Source of the DNA: Candidatus Omnitrophota bacterium
GTDB lineage: Bacteria; Omnitrophota; Gorgyraeia; Pluralincolimonadales; Pluralincolimonadaceae
Direction of reading: 5' to 3'
Assembly: GCA_041653595.1 (NCBI GenBank)
Contig: JBAZFB010000002.1
Coordinates: 68,579 to 132,578, forward strand
Length of the DNA stretch: 64,000 bases
The notes below the pieces were generated by a model. It worked only from the letters and a program-made list of their open reading frames with translations, had not been told where the DNA came from and did no database searches. Below, one piece after another: positions 10,048 through 21,010 of this stretch. Each line of letters opens with the position of its first letter. The stretch's first letter is position 1. The position numbers and the translations under genes are program-made.

Positions 10048-10428
10048 ATGTCAAGGCCAAAGTCCGAAAGAAGAAAACATCCGCGTGTCGATGAGAAAGT
10101 GCCTCTAAAGATAAAAGATGAAGGCTTCGACACGATAAGCGTAACAAAAAATATCAGCTGTTCAGGCGTTTTTTGCCAGGTTGACGGTTATTTCCCGCTT
10201 TTATCAAAAGTCAAGATCGTGCTCCTGCTCCCTTCCGAAGAAAAATCAAAGGCGCATCCCATACATATAGAGGGCGTTGTCGTCCGTTCGGAACCGGTAA
10301 AATCCCCGTCGAATCCCAATTGCAGGAACATAGGCGTCTTCTTCAGCAGGATCAAGAAACAGGATATGGTTAAGATAACCGGCTATATCAATTCCATCCT
10401 GGCCAAGAGGATGGTAATAATAAATTAA
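10048..10428 (+). CDS. PilZ domain protein
   Basis: 'RKHPR' and 'NISCSG' motifs. ATG at 10048. Confidence 0.75.
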   Translation: MSRPKSERRKHPRVDEKVPLKIKDEGFDTISVTKNISCSGVFCQVDGYFPLLSKVKIVLLLPSEEKSKAHPIHIEGVVVRSEPVKSPSNPNCRNIGVFFSRIKKQDMVKITGYINSILAKRMVIIN

Positions 10429-10432
10429 AACT

Positions 10433-11017
10433 TTGTTGTACGGAATCCTGCGCCCGATCGGGTGGTTGATCTGCAGGATTTTTTTCTGCCTGAAAGTCAA
10501 GGGCGTAGAGAATATCCCCGCCGAAGGCAAAGTCATAATAGCCGCCAATCACTCCAGCTACCTGGATCCCGTCGCGATCGCAGCCGTTGTCCCCAGGCAG
10601 ATAAAATGGATAGTCCGGAAAGACGTCTATGATGTTTGGTGGCTGAGGCCTTTGTTCGCTTCGACAGGCATGATAAGGGAGAACGGTTCGGTCGGGAAGG
10701 CCATAGACCTGCTCGGGAAAGGCGGGGCTTTAGGAGTATTCCCGGAGGGATCCAGGAGTTACGACGGAAGGCTCGGCGCGGGCAGGAGAGGCGCGGCCAT
10801 TATGGCGTTAAGATCGGGCGCGCCGGTCGTACCGTGCGCGGTCAAGGGCGCTTTCAAGGCCTATCCGCGCAATTCCGTATTGCCGAAGCCCTGTCCCGTA
10901 GAAATAATAATAGGAAAAGCTATCGAACCGGGAAGGATGGATGAGCCGGACGATCGGACGGTCGATTCTTTACTGGCAGGGATAATGAAGGCGATCCAGT
11001 CGCTGATGGAGCAATAG
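10433..11017 (+). CDS. plsC: 1-acyl-sn-glycerol-3-phosphate acyltransferase
   Basis: Acyltransferase motifs 'ANHSSYLD' (HX4D variant) and 'FPEGSRS'. Confidence 0.85.
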   Translation: MLYGILRPIGWLICRIFFCLKVKGVENIPAEGKVIIAANHSSYLDPVAIAAVVPRQIKWIVRKDVYDVWWLRPLFASTGMIRENGSVGKAIDLLGKGGALGVFPEGSRSYDGRLGAGRRGAAIMALRSGAPVVPCAVKGAFKAYPRNSVLPKPCPVEIIIGKAIEPGRMDEPDDRTVDSLLAGIMKAIQSLMEQ

Positions 11018-11023
11018 TAGTAT

Positions 11024-11050
11024 TGACTTTACCTGCGGCCGTGATATAAT
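11024..11050 (+). promoter_or_regulatory. sigma70-like promoter, TTGACT -35 and extended -10 TGaTATAAT
   Basis: ttgact (11024-11029) and tgatataat (11042-11050), read directly. Confidence 0.55.
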
Positions 11051-11056
11051 TGTATC

Positions 11057-11246
11057 GGAAAAGATATCTACCCTATCCGTGTTAGGGTTGGCGCAATGAT
11101 CAGCAAAGTCGTATAAGGGGTTTGGAGTTCGGATACCTTTCGGGGTATTCGACAGAACCCCACCTTGAATAAAGGGTCAAGCAGCCAAACCTCACGGTAG
11201 GGTTGAGGACTTATTCACGGCCTAGGGTAAACCTAGGCCTTTTTTA
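11057..11246 (+). ncRNA. structured ~190-nt leader/sRNA ending in an intrinsic terminator, 20 nt upstream of a sugar-phosphate isomerase gene
   Basis: Several local hairpins: CCCTA..TAGGG, GGGGTT..AACCCC, CCTCA..TGAGG. Terminator GGCCTAGGG-taaa-CCTAGGCC plus T7 at 11219-11246. No ORF of significance. Confidence 0.45.
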
Positions 11247-11267
11247 CGAATAGAAGGAGTTTATTAA

Positions 11268-12050
11268 ATGAGGATAACTAAGGAGAAGGTCTACTTTCAT
11301 GTGCCTTACAGGATACTCTTAAGCAGCCTCGACTGGATAGCGCAGATCGGGGTGAATTGCGAGATATACGCCAACGGAGAGGCACTGGACAATTATACCG
11401 ATGATGAGATAGATAAAATAAACGGCGTCTTTGAAAGCCGCGGGATAAAAAAAATAGTGCACGGGCCGTTCCTGGACCTTAATCCGGGAAGCACGGATCC
11501 CAAGATAAGGGACCTGACCTACGGGCGTTTTATATCGGCGCTTGATTTTTGCGAGAAACTGAGGGCCAACCACATCGTATTGCATACAGGGCTCGACCCC
11601 ATCTTTTACAAAGGCGCCTCGCGCATTTTTCTCGACCTCAGCATCCCGGTCTGGAAGGAGGCGATGAAAGCCGCCGAATCAAGGAAGATAGTCATCGCCA
11701 TAGAAAATTCCGTAGACCCGGATCCCGAAGTGGTTGTGGGGCTGCTGAAGGGGATCAACTCCCCGTCTGTGGAGGCGTGTTTTGACGCCGGCCATTATTA
11801 CGCGTTCGGCAAGATGTCCCCGTTCGACGCCTTGAAATGGTACCCGGACGGGTCGATAGGCGAATTGCATCTTTCCGACAACAAGGGTGATTTCGATACC
11901 CATCTGCCGCTTGGGGACGGTGACCTGGATTTCAAGAGGCTGCTGATCGAAGCCTGGAAGAAAGGCAGGGAGCCGATCATAACTTCCGAGCCCCATTGCA
12001 AAGAACATATCGAAAGAAACCTCAAATACCTGCTCTCGCTGGGCCTTTAG
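11268..12050 (+). CDS. sugar phosphate isomerase/epimerase (xylose-isomerase-like TIM barrel)
   Basis: 260 aa. 'IVLHTG..', 'IAIEN', 'GHYY...HLSDN' motifs of the AP-endonuclease-2/TIM-barrel family. Confidence 0.7.
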   Translation: MRITKEKVYFHVPYRILLSSLDWIAQIGVNCEIYANGEALDNYTDDEIDKINGVFESRGIKKIVHGPFLDLNPGSTDPKIRDLTYGRFISALDFCEKLRANHIVLHTGLDPIFYKGASRIFLDLSIPVWKEAMKAAESRKIVIAIENSVDPDPEVVVGLLKGINSPSVEACFDAGHYYAFGKMSPFDALKWYPDGSIGELHLSDNKGDFDTHLPLGDGDLDFKRLLIEAWKKGREPIITSEPHCKEHIERNLKYLLSLGL

Positions 12051-12102
12051 AAGAGAGGCTTGGCCTTTTGAAGAGCGGTATGTTATAATAAAAAACGGAG
12101 GG

Positions 12103-12666
12103 ATGAAGATGGCTAAAAAAGAGATCAAAGGTGATGTCGCGCTCTTCCCGCTGCCGGTCGTCCTTGTTACCTGCGTCGGAAAGAACGGCAAGCCGAATAT
12201 CATAACTTTGGCGTGGGCCGGCGTCGTCTGCTCGGAACCGCCGATGGTCTCCATCTCCATAAGGCCGCACCGCCACTCCCACCCGCTGATAAAAGAAACG
12301 GGGGAATTTACGGTGAATATCCCAACTTCCGATATAATGAAAGAGACCGATATCTGCGGGATGGTCTCCGGGCGGGACACGGATAAGTTCGCCCTGACGA
12401 AGCTTACCCCGGAACCGGCCACGCACGTCAAGTCCCCTCTCATAAAAGAATGCCCTGTAAACCTCGAATGCAAAGTGAAGAACGCGATGCTGCTCGGGAC
12501 GCACGAGATGTTCCTGGCCGAGGTCGTCGCCGTCCACATAGACGAGTCGGTGATGACGGAGACGGGCAGGATCGATTACGCCAGGGCGAAACCTTTCTCG
12601 TATAATTGGGGCGAATACTGGAGCGTTAAAGAGAAGATAGGACACTACGGATGCTCGAAAAAATAA
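12103..12666 (+). CDS. flavin reductase-like FMN-binding domain protein
   Basis: 'PLPVVLVTCVGKNGKPNIITLAWAGVVCSEPPMVSISIRP' typical flavin-reductase-like fold. Confidence 0.7.
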   Translation: MKMAKKEIKGDVALFPLPVVLVTCVGKNGKPNIITLAWAGVVCSEPPMVSISIRPHRHSHPLIKETGEFTVNIPTSDIMKETDICGMVSGRDTDKFALTKLTPEPATHVKSPLIKECPVNLECKVKNAMLLGTHEMFLAEVVAVHIDESVMTETGRIDYARAKPFSYNWGEYWSVKEKIGHYGCSKK

Positions 12667-13520
12667 TCTTCCGCATCGATAGGATATCCGAGAAGATCAG
12701 CGCGGTCTTTGATTATTTCGGCGCGCGGATAAAAAATCTCTTCTTCGGCCATTTCGGGATAAGGCTTACGTACAGGCGCGAGTCGGTAGTCACGCTCATG
12801 GTCCTGGCGGCTGTCGTTATCTTTTTTTCTTCCCGGGGCTGGCTTATCTGGATAGGGATATCGGCGATGATGGCCGGCATGTTCCTCTGGCTCATAATCA
12901 TCTTCTCCTGGACCCTCGACCCGCTGATAGATTACAAGATACGCATCCATAAGATAAAAAGATGGGGGGAGAGGCTGCTTAAATACCTGAGCGGTGAATT
13001 CAAGGACCTGGAGAACAGGCACCATATGGAGGCTTACGCCTGGGGCAAGCTCGCTTACTTCGAGGAGCTAAAGAACGAGGTTGCCAATTTCTCGAAGGTC
13101 AGCCTGCTCCAGAATTTCCTGGGCAGGTTCTTTTCGACCTTCATGTTCCTGATACTAGGCTACGCCTTCATATACTACGGCCTGCATAAGATCGTAGGTT
13201 CAAGCTTCGTTTCGTCCGCGGAACTGGGCGGGTTCGGCCGTTTCGGCTCGATAGCGGATTTTATATATTACAGCGCGATCACTATCGCCACAGTCGGATA
13301 CGGGGACATCTATCCGGTACATATCCTGGCAAAGTTCTTCGTCGTGACCGAAGTCCTCTACGGCGCGCTCCTGGTCATCTTCCTGATATCATCTTTTACC
13401 GCTATATCTATTCCTCTTACCTCGGAAAGGCAGAAGGCGCTGCTCGGCGAGATCGAGAAAGAAATAAAGAACATCGAAAAGGTCTTTGCCGATATCAAAC
13501 AATTAAGCGGAGGCGACTGA
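12651..13520 (+). CDS. potassium channel protein (2TM/ion_trans_2)
   Basis: Canonical selectivity filter 'TVGYGDIYP'. Flanking TM helices. Confidence 0.85.
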   Translation: MLEKIIFRIDRISEKISAVFDYFGARIKNLFFGHFGIRLTYRRESVVTLMVLAAVVIFFSSRGWLIWIGISAMMAGMFLWLIIIFSWTLDPLIDYKIRIHKIKRWGERLLKYLSGEFKDLENRHHMEAYAWGKLAYFEELKNEVANFSKVSLLQNFLGRFFSTFMFLILGYAFIYYGLHKIVGSSFVSSAELGGFGRFGSIADFIYYSAITIATVGYGDIYPVHILAKFFVVTEVLYGALLVIFLISSFTAISIPLTSERQKALLGEIEKEIKNIEKVFADIKQLSGGD

Positions 13521-14047
13521 TGCCGCCTATCTTTAATAAGGCCTTTGCCGTAATAGCGGCCTCTCTCTTCCTGGCTCTCCAGTCCTCCGGACAGGCCGAA
13601 GGGGAGGGCGTCTCCGGCAAAGAACTGGAATTGGGAAATGTGATGGTGACCCTTTACGCCTTAGGGGGGAGCGCGGCCGGCCAAAAGACTTACGGGGAAG
13701 AGATATATTTGGCAAAAGGCACACCCCGCCAGGCCCTGATCACCCTTAAACAGGTACTGCTTGAAGGCAATAGGCCTTCCCGGTCGTTTAAGATGAAGGA
13801 CCAGATCGAGGTCATCGTTTTCAGGGGATCCTTTTTAAAATTAAGTAAGATAGCCATAAAGAAAGTAGTTTTAAAAGGTTCAACCATCGAGGTATATGCG
13901 GAATATAAGGACCTTCCCGGCACTGATGTCGCTTCCCAACCCGCGGCTATAATCCCCGCAGGCCAGCTTCCCCCAGGCAAGTATACGGTTATTTTATTCG
14001 TAGATAATAACTTACGAAAAAAAGCCGAGTTCAGCGTCTCCCGTTAG
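13520..14047 (+). CDS. hypothetical secreted protein
   Basis: Signal peptide 'AVIAASLFLALQSSGQA'. No recognisable domain. Confidence 0.5.
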   Translation: MPPIFNKAFAVIAASLFLALQSSGQAEGEGVSGKELELGNVMVTLYALGGSAAGQKTYGEEIYLAKGTPRQALITLKQVLLEGNRPSRSFKMKDQIEVIVFRGSFLKLSKIAIKKVVLKGSTIEVYAEYKDLPGTDVASQPAAIIPAGQLPPGKYTVILFVDNNLRKKAEFSVSR

Positions 14048-14109
14048 TCACCAGCCTAATAATTTGACTTTTGAAGACATTGGTGGCATAATTATAATGA
14101 TTTAAAAAC

Positions 14110-15750
14110 ATGGGAGAAAAAGACATCCAGGACCAATTATTTGATATTATTGAATTTCTTCCAGATGCAACCTTTGTCATAGACATCAATGGCAAAGTCA
14201 TCGCCTGGAACAAGGCCACCGAGGAGATGACCGGCGTCGCCAAAAGCGAAGTCATCGGCAAGGGAGATTACGCCTACGCCGTCCCTTTCTACGGGGACAG
14301 AAGGCCTGTTCTCGTTGACCTCATATTCAAATCCAACCGCGAGATCGAAAGCAAATACGATTACGTAAAACGTGAAGGTAACGTGCTGTACACCGAGGTC
14401 TTTTTGCCGTCCCTGAACCACGGCAAGGGTATCTTTGTCTGGGCCAAGGCCTCGCCGCTTTACGACAAGTCGGGCAATCTTACCGGCGCCATAGAATCTA
14501 TCCGGGATATAACCGAACAAAAACTCGCCAAAGAGAACCTCGCGAAGCTCAACGAGGAGCTCACCAAATCCAACAGGATCTTCAAACAGCTCGCCCTCAA
14601 GGATTCCCACACAGGCCTTTACAACCACCGTTATTTAGGCGAAGTCATCGAGGCCGAATTCTTCCGCGCCAAGAGATACGCGCACCCCCTTTCGGCGATA
14701 CTTACCGACATAGACTATTTTAAGTCTATAAACGACGTTTATGGCCACCAGTTCGGGGATGTTATCCTTAAGCAATTCGCGCGGCAGCTCAAGATGGCGG
14801 TCCGCCAGTATGACATAGTGGTGCGTACGGGAGGAGAGGAGTTTGTGGTATTATCTCCCGCTACCGACAGGGCAGACGCCGTGGCACTTGCCGAAAGGAT
14901 CCTCGAAGTCATCAGCCTCTACGATTTCGGGGATGAGTCGCATAAAGTAAAACTCAAGATAAGCGTCGCGGTGGCGTCGTATCCGGAAGACAAGATATCA
15001 AAAGGGATGGACCTCATCGACTTTGCGGACCACATATTGGTCAAGGTCAAGGAGTTCGGGGGGAACAGGGTCTATTCGTCATCCGACCTGAAGAGGCAGG
15101 ATAAAGGCAGGTCTCCCGGCGAAACCGAAAAGACGGCCGATGTCAAGTCGCTGAAGAAGGAATTAGAGAAGTTGACCAGGCAGGCGAACCAGGGCCTGAT
15201 AGAATCAATATTCGCTTTCGCCAAGACTATCGAACTCAAGGACCATTATACCGGCGAGCATGTCGAGAAGACCGTGCATTACGCTACCGAGGTCGCGCGC
15301 GAGCTTGGCCTTCCAAATGATGAAGTGGACAAGATAAGGAAAGCTTCCATTTTACACGACCTCGGCAAGATAGGCATAAGCGAGAATATCCTCCTAAAAA
15401 AAGGGAAGTTGACGAAAGAGGAATTTGACGAGATAAGGAAGCACCCCCAGATCGCGGTGGACATATTAAGGCCTATCCAATCGCTACAGGGCGTCATCCC
15501 AATGATATACTATCATCATGAGAGATGGGACGGCGGCGGATACCTGAACGGGCTGAAGGGCGATGAGATACCTATAGGGGCGCGGATAATCGCGGTCTCG
15601 GATGTCTACGAGGCGTTGACCTCCGACCGCCCCTACCGCAAGGCCTTTTCGAGAGATGAAGCGATAAAGATGGTGAGGGAGAGTTCCGGCACACAGTTCG
15701 ACCCGAAGGTGGTGGACGCTTTCTTGAAGGTCCTCCAACAGGAAAAATAG
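14110..15750 (+). CDS. PAS–GGDEF–HD-GYP c-di-GMP turnover protein
   Basis: PAS N-terminus. GGDEF with 'RTGGEEFVV'. C-terminal HD-GYP 'HDLGKIG...YHHERWDGGGYLNGL' (GYL variant). Confidence 0.85.
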   Translation: MGEKDIQDQLFDIIEFLPDATFVIDINGKVIAWNKATEEMTGVAKSEVIGKGDYAYAVPFYGDRRPVLVDLIFKSNREIESKYDYVKREGNVLYTEVFLPSLNHGKGIFVWAKASPLYDKSGNLTGAIESIRDITEQKLAKENLAKLNEELTKSNRIFKQLALKDSHTGLYNHRYLGEVIEAEFFRAKRYAHPLSAILTDIDYFKSINDVYGHQFGDVILKQFARQLKMAVRQYDIVVRTGGEEFVVLSPATDRADAVALAERILEVISLYDFGDESHKVKLKISVAVASYPEDKISKGMDLIDFADHILVKVKEFGGNRVYSSSDLKRQDKGRSPGETEKTADVKSLKKELEKLTRQANQGLIESIFAFAKTIELKDHYTGEHVEKTVHYATEVARELGLPNDEVDKIRKASILHDLGKIGISENILLKKGKLTKEEFDEIRKHPQIAVDILRPIQSLQGVIPMIYYHHERWDGGGYLNGLKGDEIPIGARIIAVSDVYEALTSDRPYRKAFSRDEAIKMVRESSGTQFDPKVVDAFLKVLQQEK

Positions 15751-15753
15751 CAG

Positions 15754-16967
15754 TTGGACAGAATAAAAAAGATACTTATCATTTCTTCTGACAAGAGCCT
15801 AAGGGAAGTCTTAAGCTTTTGTTTCGACGGCTGGGGTTATGAGGTATTCCTGCACGAATCCCCGCTCCACGAAGTCATGCCGATAAAGATGATATCCCCC
15901 GACGTCATAGTGGTGGATGTGCATTCCGCCAGCAAGGCGCACCTCGAGATATGCCGCCTTTTAAAAGACGATTTCGTTACCGCTTTCATCCCGGTCATAA
16001 CCCTCATCAACAAGCGCCAGCTCAGGACGCAGCTGTTGAACCTGAAACAGGGCGTGGACGATTACCTTATCAAGCCGCCGGATCCCCTCGACCTGCGCGT
16101 AAGGGTGGAGATGGCGATGCGGAGATCGCAATACGGTTTCTACGCCAGCCCGCTTACCGGGCTCCCGGGAGGCCGTATAATAGAAGAAGCGGTGCAGGAG
16201 CGGCTGAAAAAGGACGTCTCTTTTTCTTTCGGCTACCTCGATATAGACAGTTTCAAATATTTCAATGACGTCTACGGTTATCTAAAGGGCGACAGGGCCA
16301 TAATGCAGACCGCATACGTCCTTTATACGACTATCAAGAAATACGGCACAGCGAGGATTTTATCGGCCACATAGGAGGTGATGACTTCATGTTCATAACC
16401 TCCATCGATAAGTTCAAAGAGGTCTGCCACAACATGATCCTCGCTTTTGACAGGATCATACCTTTCCACTATTCCCCGGATGACAGGAAGCAGGGGTTCA
16501 TTTACGCGAAAGACAGGACGCGCAAGATGGTAAAGGTGGACCTGATGAGCATATCGCTCGCCGTCGTAAACAGGGAGAGCCGCTCCGAATTGCGCAGCAT
16601 AATCCAGATAAACGAGAGATTGGCCGAGATCAAGGGCTTCCTTAAGGAGATATCCGGGAGCAAATTCATGGAGGACAGGAGGAGCAGCAAGACCGGGGAA
16701 TTTGTAGGGCCGCAGCTCTATAAGAAGCCGGATGTCTCCTTAGACCCTTATGTGCCTCTCGGGACCATCCTTCTGGGGAAGAAACTCCTGACGGCGGAAC
16801 AACTTGACGAGGCCCTTAATATCCACTGGAGGAGGGGGATCCTTTTCGGTGAGGTGCTCAAGGAGCTCGGGTTTATCAAAGAAGAAGAACTGCATGAAGC
16901 CCTCAGGGAACAGTACGCGACGAAACATCATCCCCACCACCCGCCAAAAATTATTCTTGACAAATAA
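15754..16967 (+). pseudogene. REC–GGDEF–MshEN-like protein interrupted by a +1/-1 frameshift near 16348-16372
   Basis: Frame 1 carries the REC and GGDEF N-half ('LDIDSFKYFNDVYGYLKGD') and stops at 16372-16374. Frame 0 is open from 16269 and carries 'EDFIGHIGGDDFMF' (GGDEF active site) and a C-terminal double 'LGxILLxxxLLTxEQLxEAL..Q' MshEN/T2SSE_N-like motif. Confidence 0.7.
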
Positions 16968-18441
<1,474 letters not shown>

Positions 18442-18448
18442 GGTTAAA

Positions 18449-19579
18449 ATGACAGTCGAGAACAGCGTAGGCACAGTAAAAATAAAATACTTCACTTTCG
18501 CGGAACCCCCGCGCGAGCTGAAGTTGGAGTCCGGCCAGGCCCTCGGCCCCATCACTTTGGCTTACGAGACCTACGGCACCCTGAACGGCCGGAAGAGCAA
18601 CGCGATACTGATAGAGCACGCCCTCTCAGGCGACGCGCATGCCGCGGGTTTCCACGAAGGGGATAAGGACCCGGGCTGGTGGGATTCGATGATAGGACCG
18701 GGCAAGGCCTTTGATACGACGAAATATTTCGTGATCTGTTCCAATGTCATCGGCGGATGCAAGGGAAGCACAGGCCCTTCTTCGGTCAACCCGAAGACAG
18801 GGAAGCCCTACGCGCTGGAATTCCCGCTGATAACTATATCCGATATGGTCCATGCCCAGAGCCATTTGATAAACCATCTCGGCATAGACAAGCTGCTTTG
18901 CGTGGTAGGCGGCTCGATGGGCGGGATGCAGACACTCCAATGGGTCGCGTCTTACCCTGACAGGGTGCGCTCTGCCATACCCATTGCTTCGGCGCTGAAA
19001 CATTCTCCGCAGCAGATAGCTTTTAACGAGGTCGGAAGGCAGGCGGTAATGGCTGACCCGGAGTGGAGGGAAGGGGACTATTACGGTCACGGCCAACCCG
19101 AGAGGGGCCTGGCTGTCGCGCGCATGGTCGGCCACATAACTTACATGAGCGACCAGTCGATGGAGGAGAAGTTCTCCCGCCGGCTTAAAGAGAAGAATTA
19201 CAGCTTTACGTTCAAGACCGATTTCGAGGTAGAGGGTTATTTGAGATACAAGGGCGACGCCTTCGTGAAACGCTTTGACGCCAATTCATATCTCTATATA
19301 ACCAAGGCGCTCGATTATTTCGATCTTTCCGACGGGAAGCTTATACGCCAGGGGAAGGCGGTGGATACCCGCTTCCTGGTCATCGCTTTTAAGTCGGACT
19401 GGCTCTATCCTTCTTACCAGCTGCAGGATATCGTGCGCCAGCTTAAGACCAGGCATGTCGACGCCACGTATTGCGAGGTCAAGTCGACTTACGGGCACGA
19501 CGCGTTCCTGCTCGAGGTCGAGGAGGAAACGCACCTGATAAAGCACTTTCTTAAAAAAATATACAAGGAAGGCGAATAA
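18449..19579 (+). CDS. metX: homoserine O-acetyltransferase
   Basis: Alpha/beta hydrolase 'GGSMGGMQ' nucleophile elbow. MetX-length protein. Confidence 0.9.
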   Translation: MTVENSVGTVKIKYFTFAEPPRELKLESGQALGPITLAYETYGTLNGRKSNAILIEHALSGDAHAAGFHEGDKDPGWWDSMIGPGKAFDTTKYFVICSNVIGGCKGSTGPSSVNPKTGKPYALEFPLITISDMVHAQSHLINHLGIDKLLCVVGGSMGGMQTLQWVASYPDRVRSAIPIASALKHSPQQIAFNEVGRQAVMADPEWREGDYYGHGQPERGLAVARMVGHITYMSDQSMEEKFSRRLKEKNYSFTFKTDFEVEGYLRYKGDAFVKRFDANSYLYITKALDYFDLSDGKLIRQGKAVDTRFLVIAFKSDWLYPSYQLQDIVRQLKTRHVDATYCEVKSTYGHDAFLLEVEEETHLIKHFLKKIYKEGE

Positions 19580-19584
19580 AATAA

Positions 19585-20178
19585 ATGGCTGAAGAAATAG
19601 CGAGGCTTGACCATAAGGTAATATACGTGATCGTCGAACCCGGCTCGAGGGTATTGGACCTCGGCTGCGGCGAAGGGGACCTGCTTTATCTCCTCTCGAA
19701 GGGGAAGAAGATAAAGGCGCAGGGTATTGAACTGAGCGAAGACGCGATCTATAAATGCGTGGAGAAAGGATTAAGCGTATTCCACGGAGATATAGACAGC
19801 GGGCTGACCGAATACCCTGACAAATCTTTCGACTACGTGATACTTAACCAGAGTATGCAGGAGGTCAGGAAGGTCGACTTCGTGATAGACGAGGCGCTCA
19901 GGGTAGGCAGGAACGTAATCGTAGGATTTCCCAACTTTGCCTACTGGAGGGCAAGGTTCCGGCTTTTCCTAAAAGGCAAGACGCCGGTTACCCCCTCGCT
20001 GCCATACAGGTGGTATAATACACCTAACCTGCATTTCCTGAGCATAAGCGACTTCAAGGAGTTCTGCGCGGAAAAGGGGATCTCTATCATAAGCGAGCAT
20101 TATCTGGCGAAGGGTAGGCCGGCCAATTTTTTCCCCAACCTCTTCGCCTTAAACGCCGTATTCGTGATAACCAAGTAG
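19585..20178 (+). CDS. metW: methionine biosynthesis protein MetW
   Basis: 197 aa methyltransferase-like 'VLDLGCGEGDLL', downstream of metX as in the classical metXW arrangement. Confidence 0.8.
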   Translation: MAEEIARLDHKVIYVIVEPGSRVLDLGCGEGDLLYLLSKGKKIKAQGIELSEDAIYKCVEKGLSVFHGDIDSGLTEYPDKSFDYVILNQSMQEVRKVDFVIDEALRVGRNVIVGFPNFAYWRARFRLFLKGKTPVTPSLPYRWYNTPNLHFLSISDFKEFCAEKGISIISEHYLAKGRPANFFPNLFALNAVFVITK

Positions 20179-20197
20179 AAAAAAGAAAGGAGAGGGC

Positions 20198-20947
20198 ATG
20201 AAAAAGATACTGATCATAATTGCGGTAGTCCTCGTCGTATTATTTCTCGCCAAAGACTTTATTGCCAGCTCATTTTTAACCGTAGCGGTAAGGTCCTTTA
20301 CCGACCTTTCAGCGAGTTTACGAAGCGTCAGCTTAAACATTTTCAAGAGCGCGGTCGATGTCAAAGGGTTCAAATTATACAATCCGCCGAGGGATTTCAA
20401 GGACAGGGTCATGGTGGATATGCCGGAGGTTTATATCAATTACTATCCCGGCTCATTCCTGACCGGCACCAAACATCTTAAAGAAGTAAAACTCAACATC
20501 AAGGAGTTTGTGGTCATAAAGAACGTGGAGGGCAAGCTTAATCTCGATTGCATGAAGCCTATACAGCAGCAGATGGACCAAAAGAAAGGGGACAAGAACC
20601 AGAATAAGAAGTTTAAGATCGACGTCCTGGAGTTAAAGATAGACAAGGTCGTATATAAGGATTATTCGGGGTCAGGCGAGCCGATGGTGAAAGAGTACAA
20701 TATAGGGGTTAATGAGCGTTACACCAATATAACCAACCCGTATTCTTTCGCTGCTTTGGTCGTCTTCAAGGCCCTGGCCAGTACCAGCATCGCGTCACTT
20801 GCCCATTTTGACCTCAGCCCGCTGAAGGTCTCCGCCTCAGACGTGATTTCCGCTGTGAACAGCGTTACGAGCGCAGGCGGCGATGTAGCTAAGGATGCCG
20901 CCAAAGCCGTAAAGAACTTGCTGCCGTTAGGTAAGCAGGAAAAGTAA
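20198..20947 (+). CDS. hypothetical membrane-anchored/secreted protein
   Basis: N-terminal TM 'ILIIIAVVLVVLFLA'. No identifiable domain. Confidence 0.5.
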   Translation: MKKILIIIAVVLVVLFLAKDFIASSFLTVAVRSFTDLSASLRSVSLNIFKSAVDVKGFKLYNPPRDFKDRVMVDMPEVYINYYPGSFLTGTKHLKEVKLNIKEFVVIKNVEGKLNLDCMKPIQQQMDQKKGDKNQNKKFKIDVLELKIDKVVYKDYSGSGEPMVKEYNIGVNERYTNITNPYSFAALVVFKALASTSIASLAHFDLSPLKVSASDVISAVNSVTSAGGDVAKDAAKAVKNLLPLGKQEK

Positions 20948-21010
20948 GGCCGAGTTCTCGAAATCTTTTGTTTTGACACTTAATTTGTAAAGAGTTATAA
21001 TAAGTATGTC

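Noticed and set aside
11057-11246. Assigning the structured leader RNA to the c-di-GMP-I (GEMM) riboswitch class
   Set aside because: Only a weak GCAAAG resemblance. No recognisable GNRA tetraloop or receptor pair, and the downstream gene is not a typical GEMM target.
11679-12645. Long antisense ORFs (286 aa and 207 aa) opposite the sugar-phosphate isomerase and flavin-reductase genes
   Set aside because: Arg/Pro/Gly-rich translations typical of the antisense frames of GC-rich coding DNA. The sense-strand genes have clear domain signatures.
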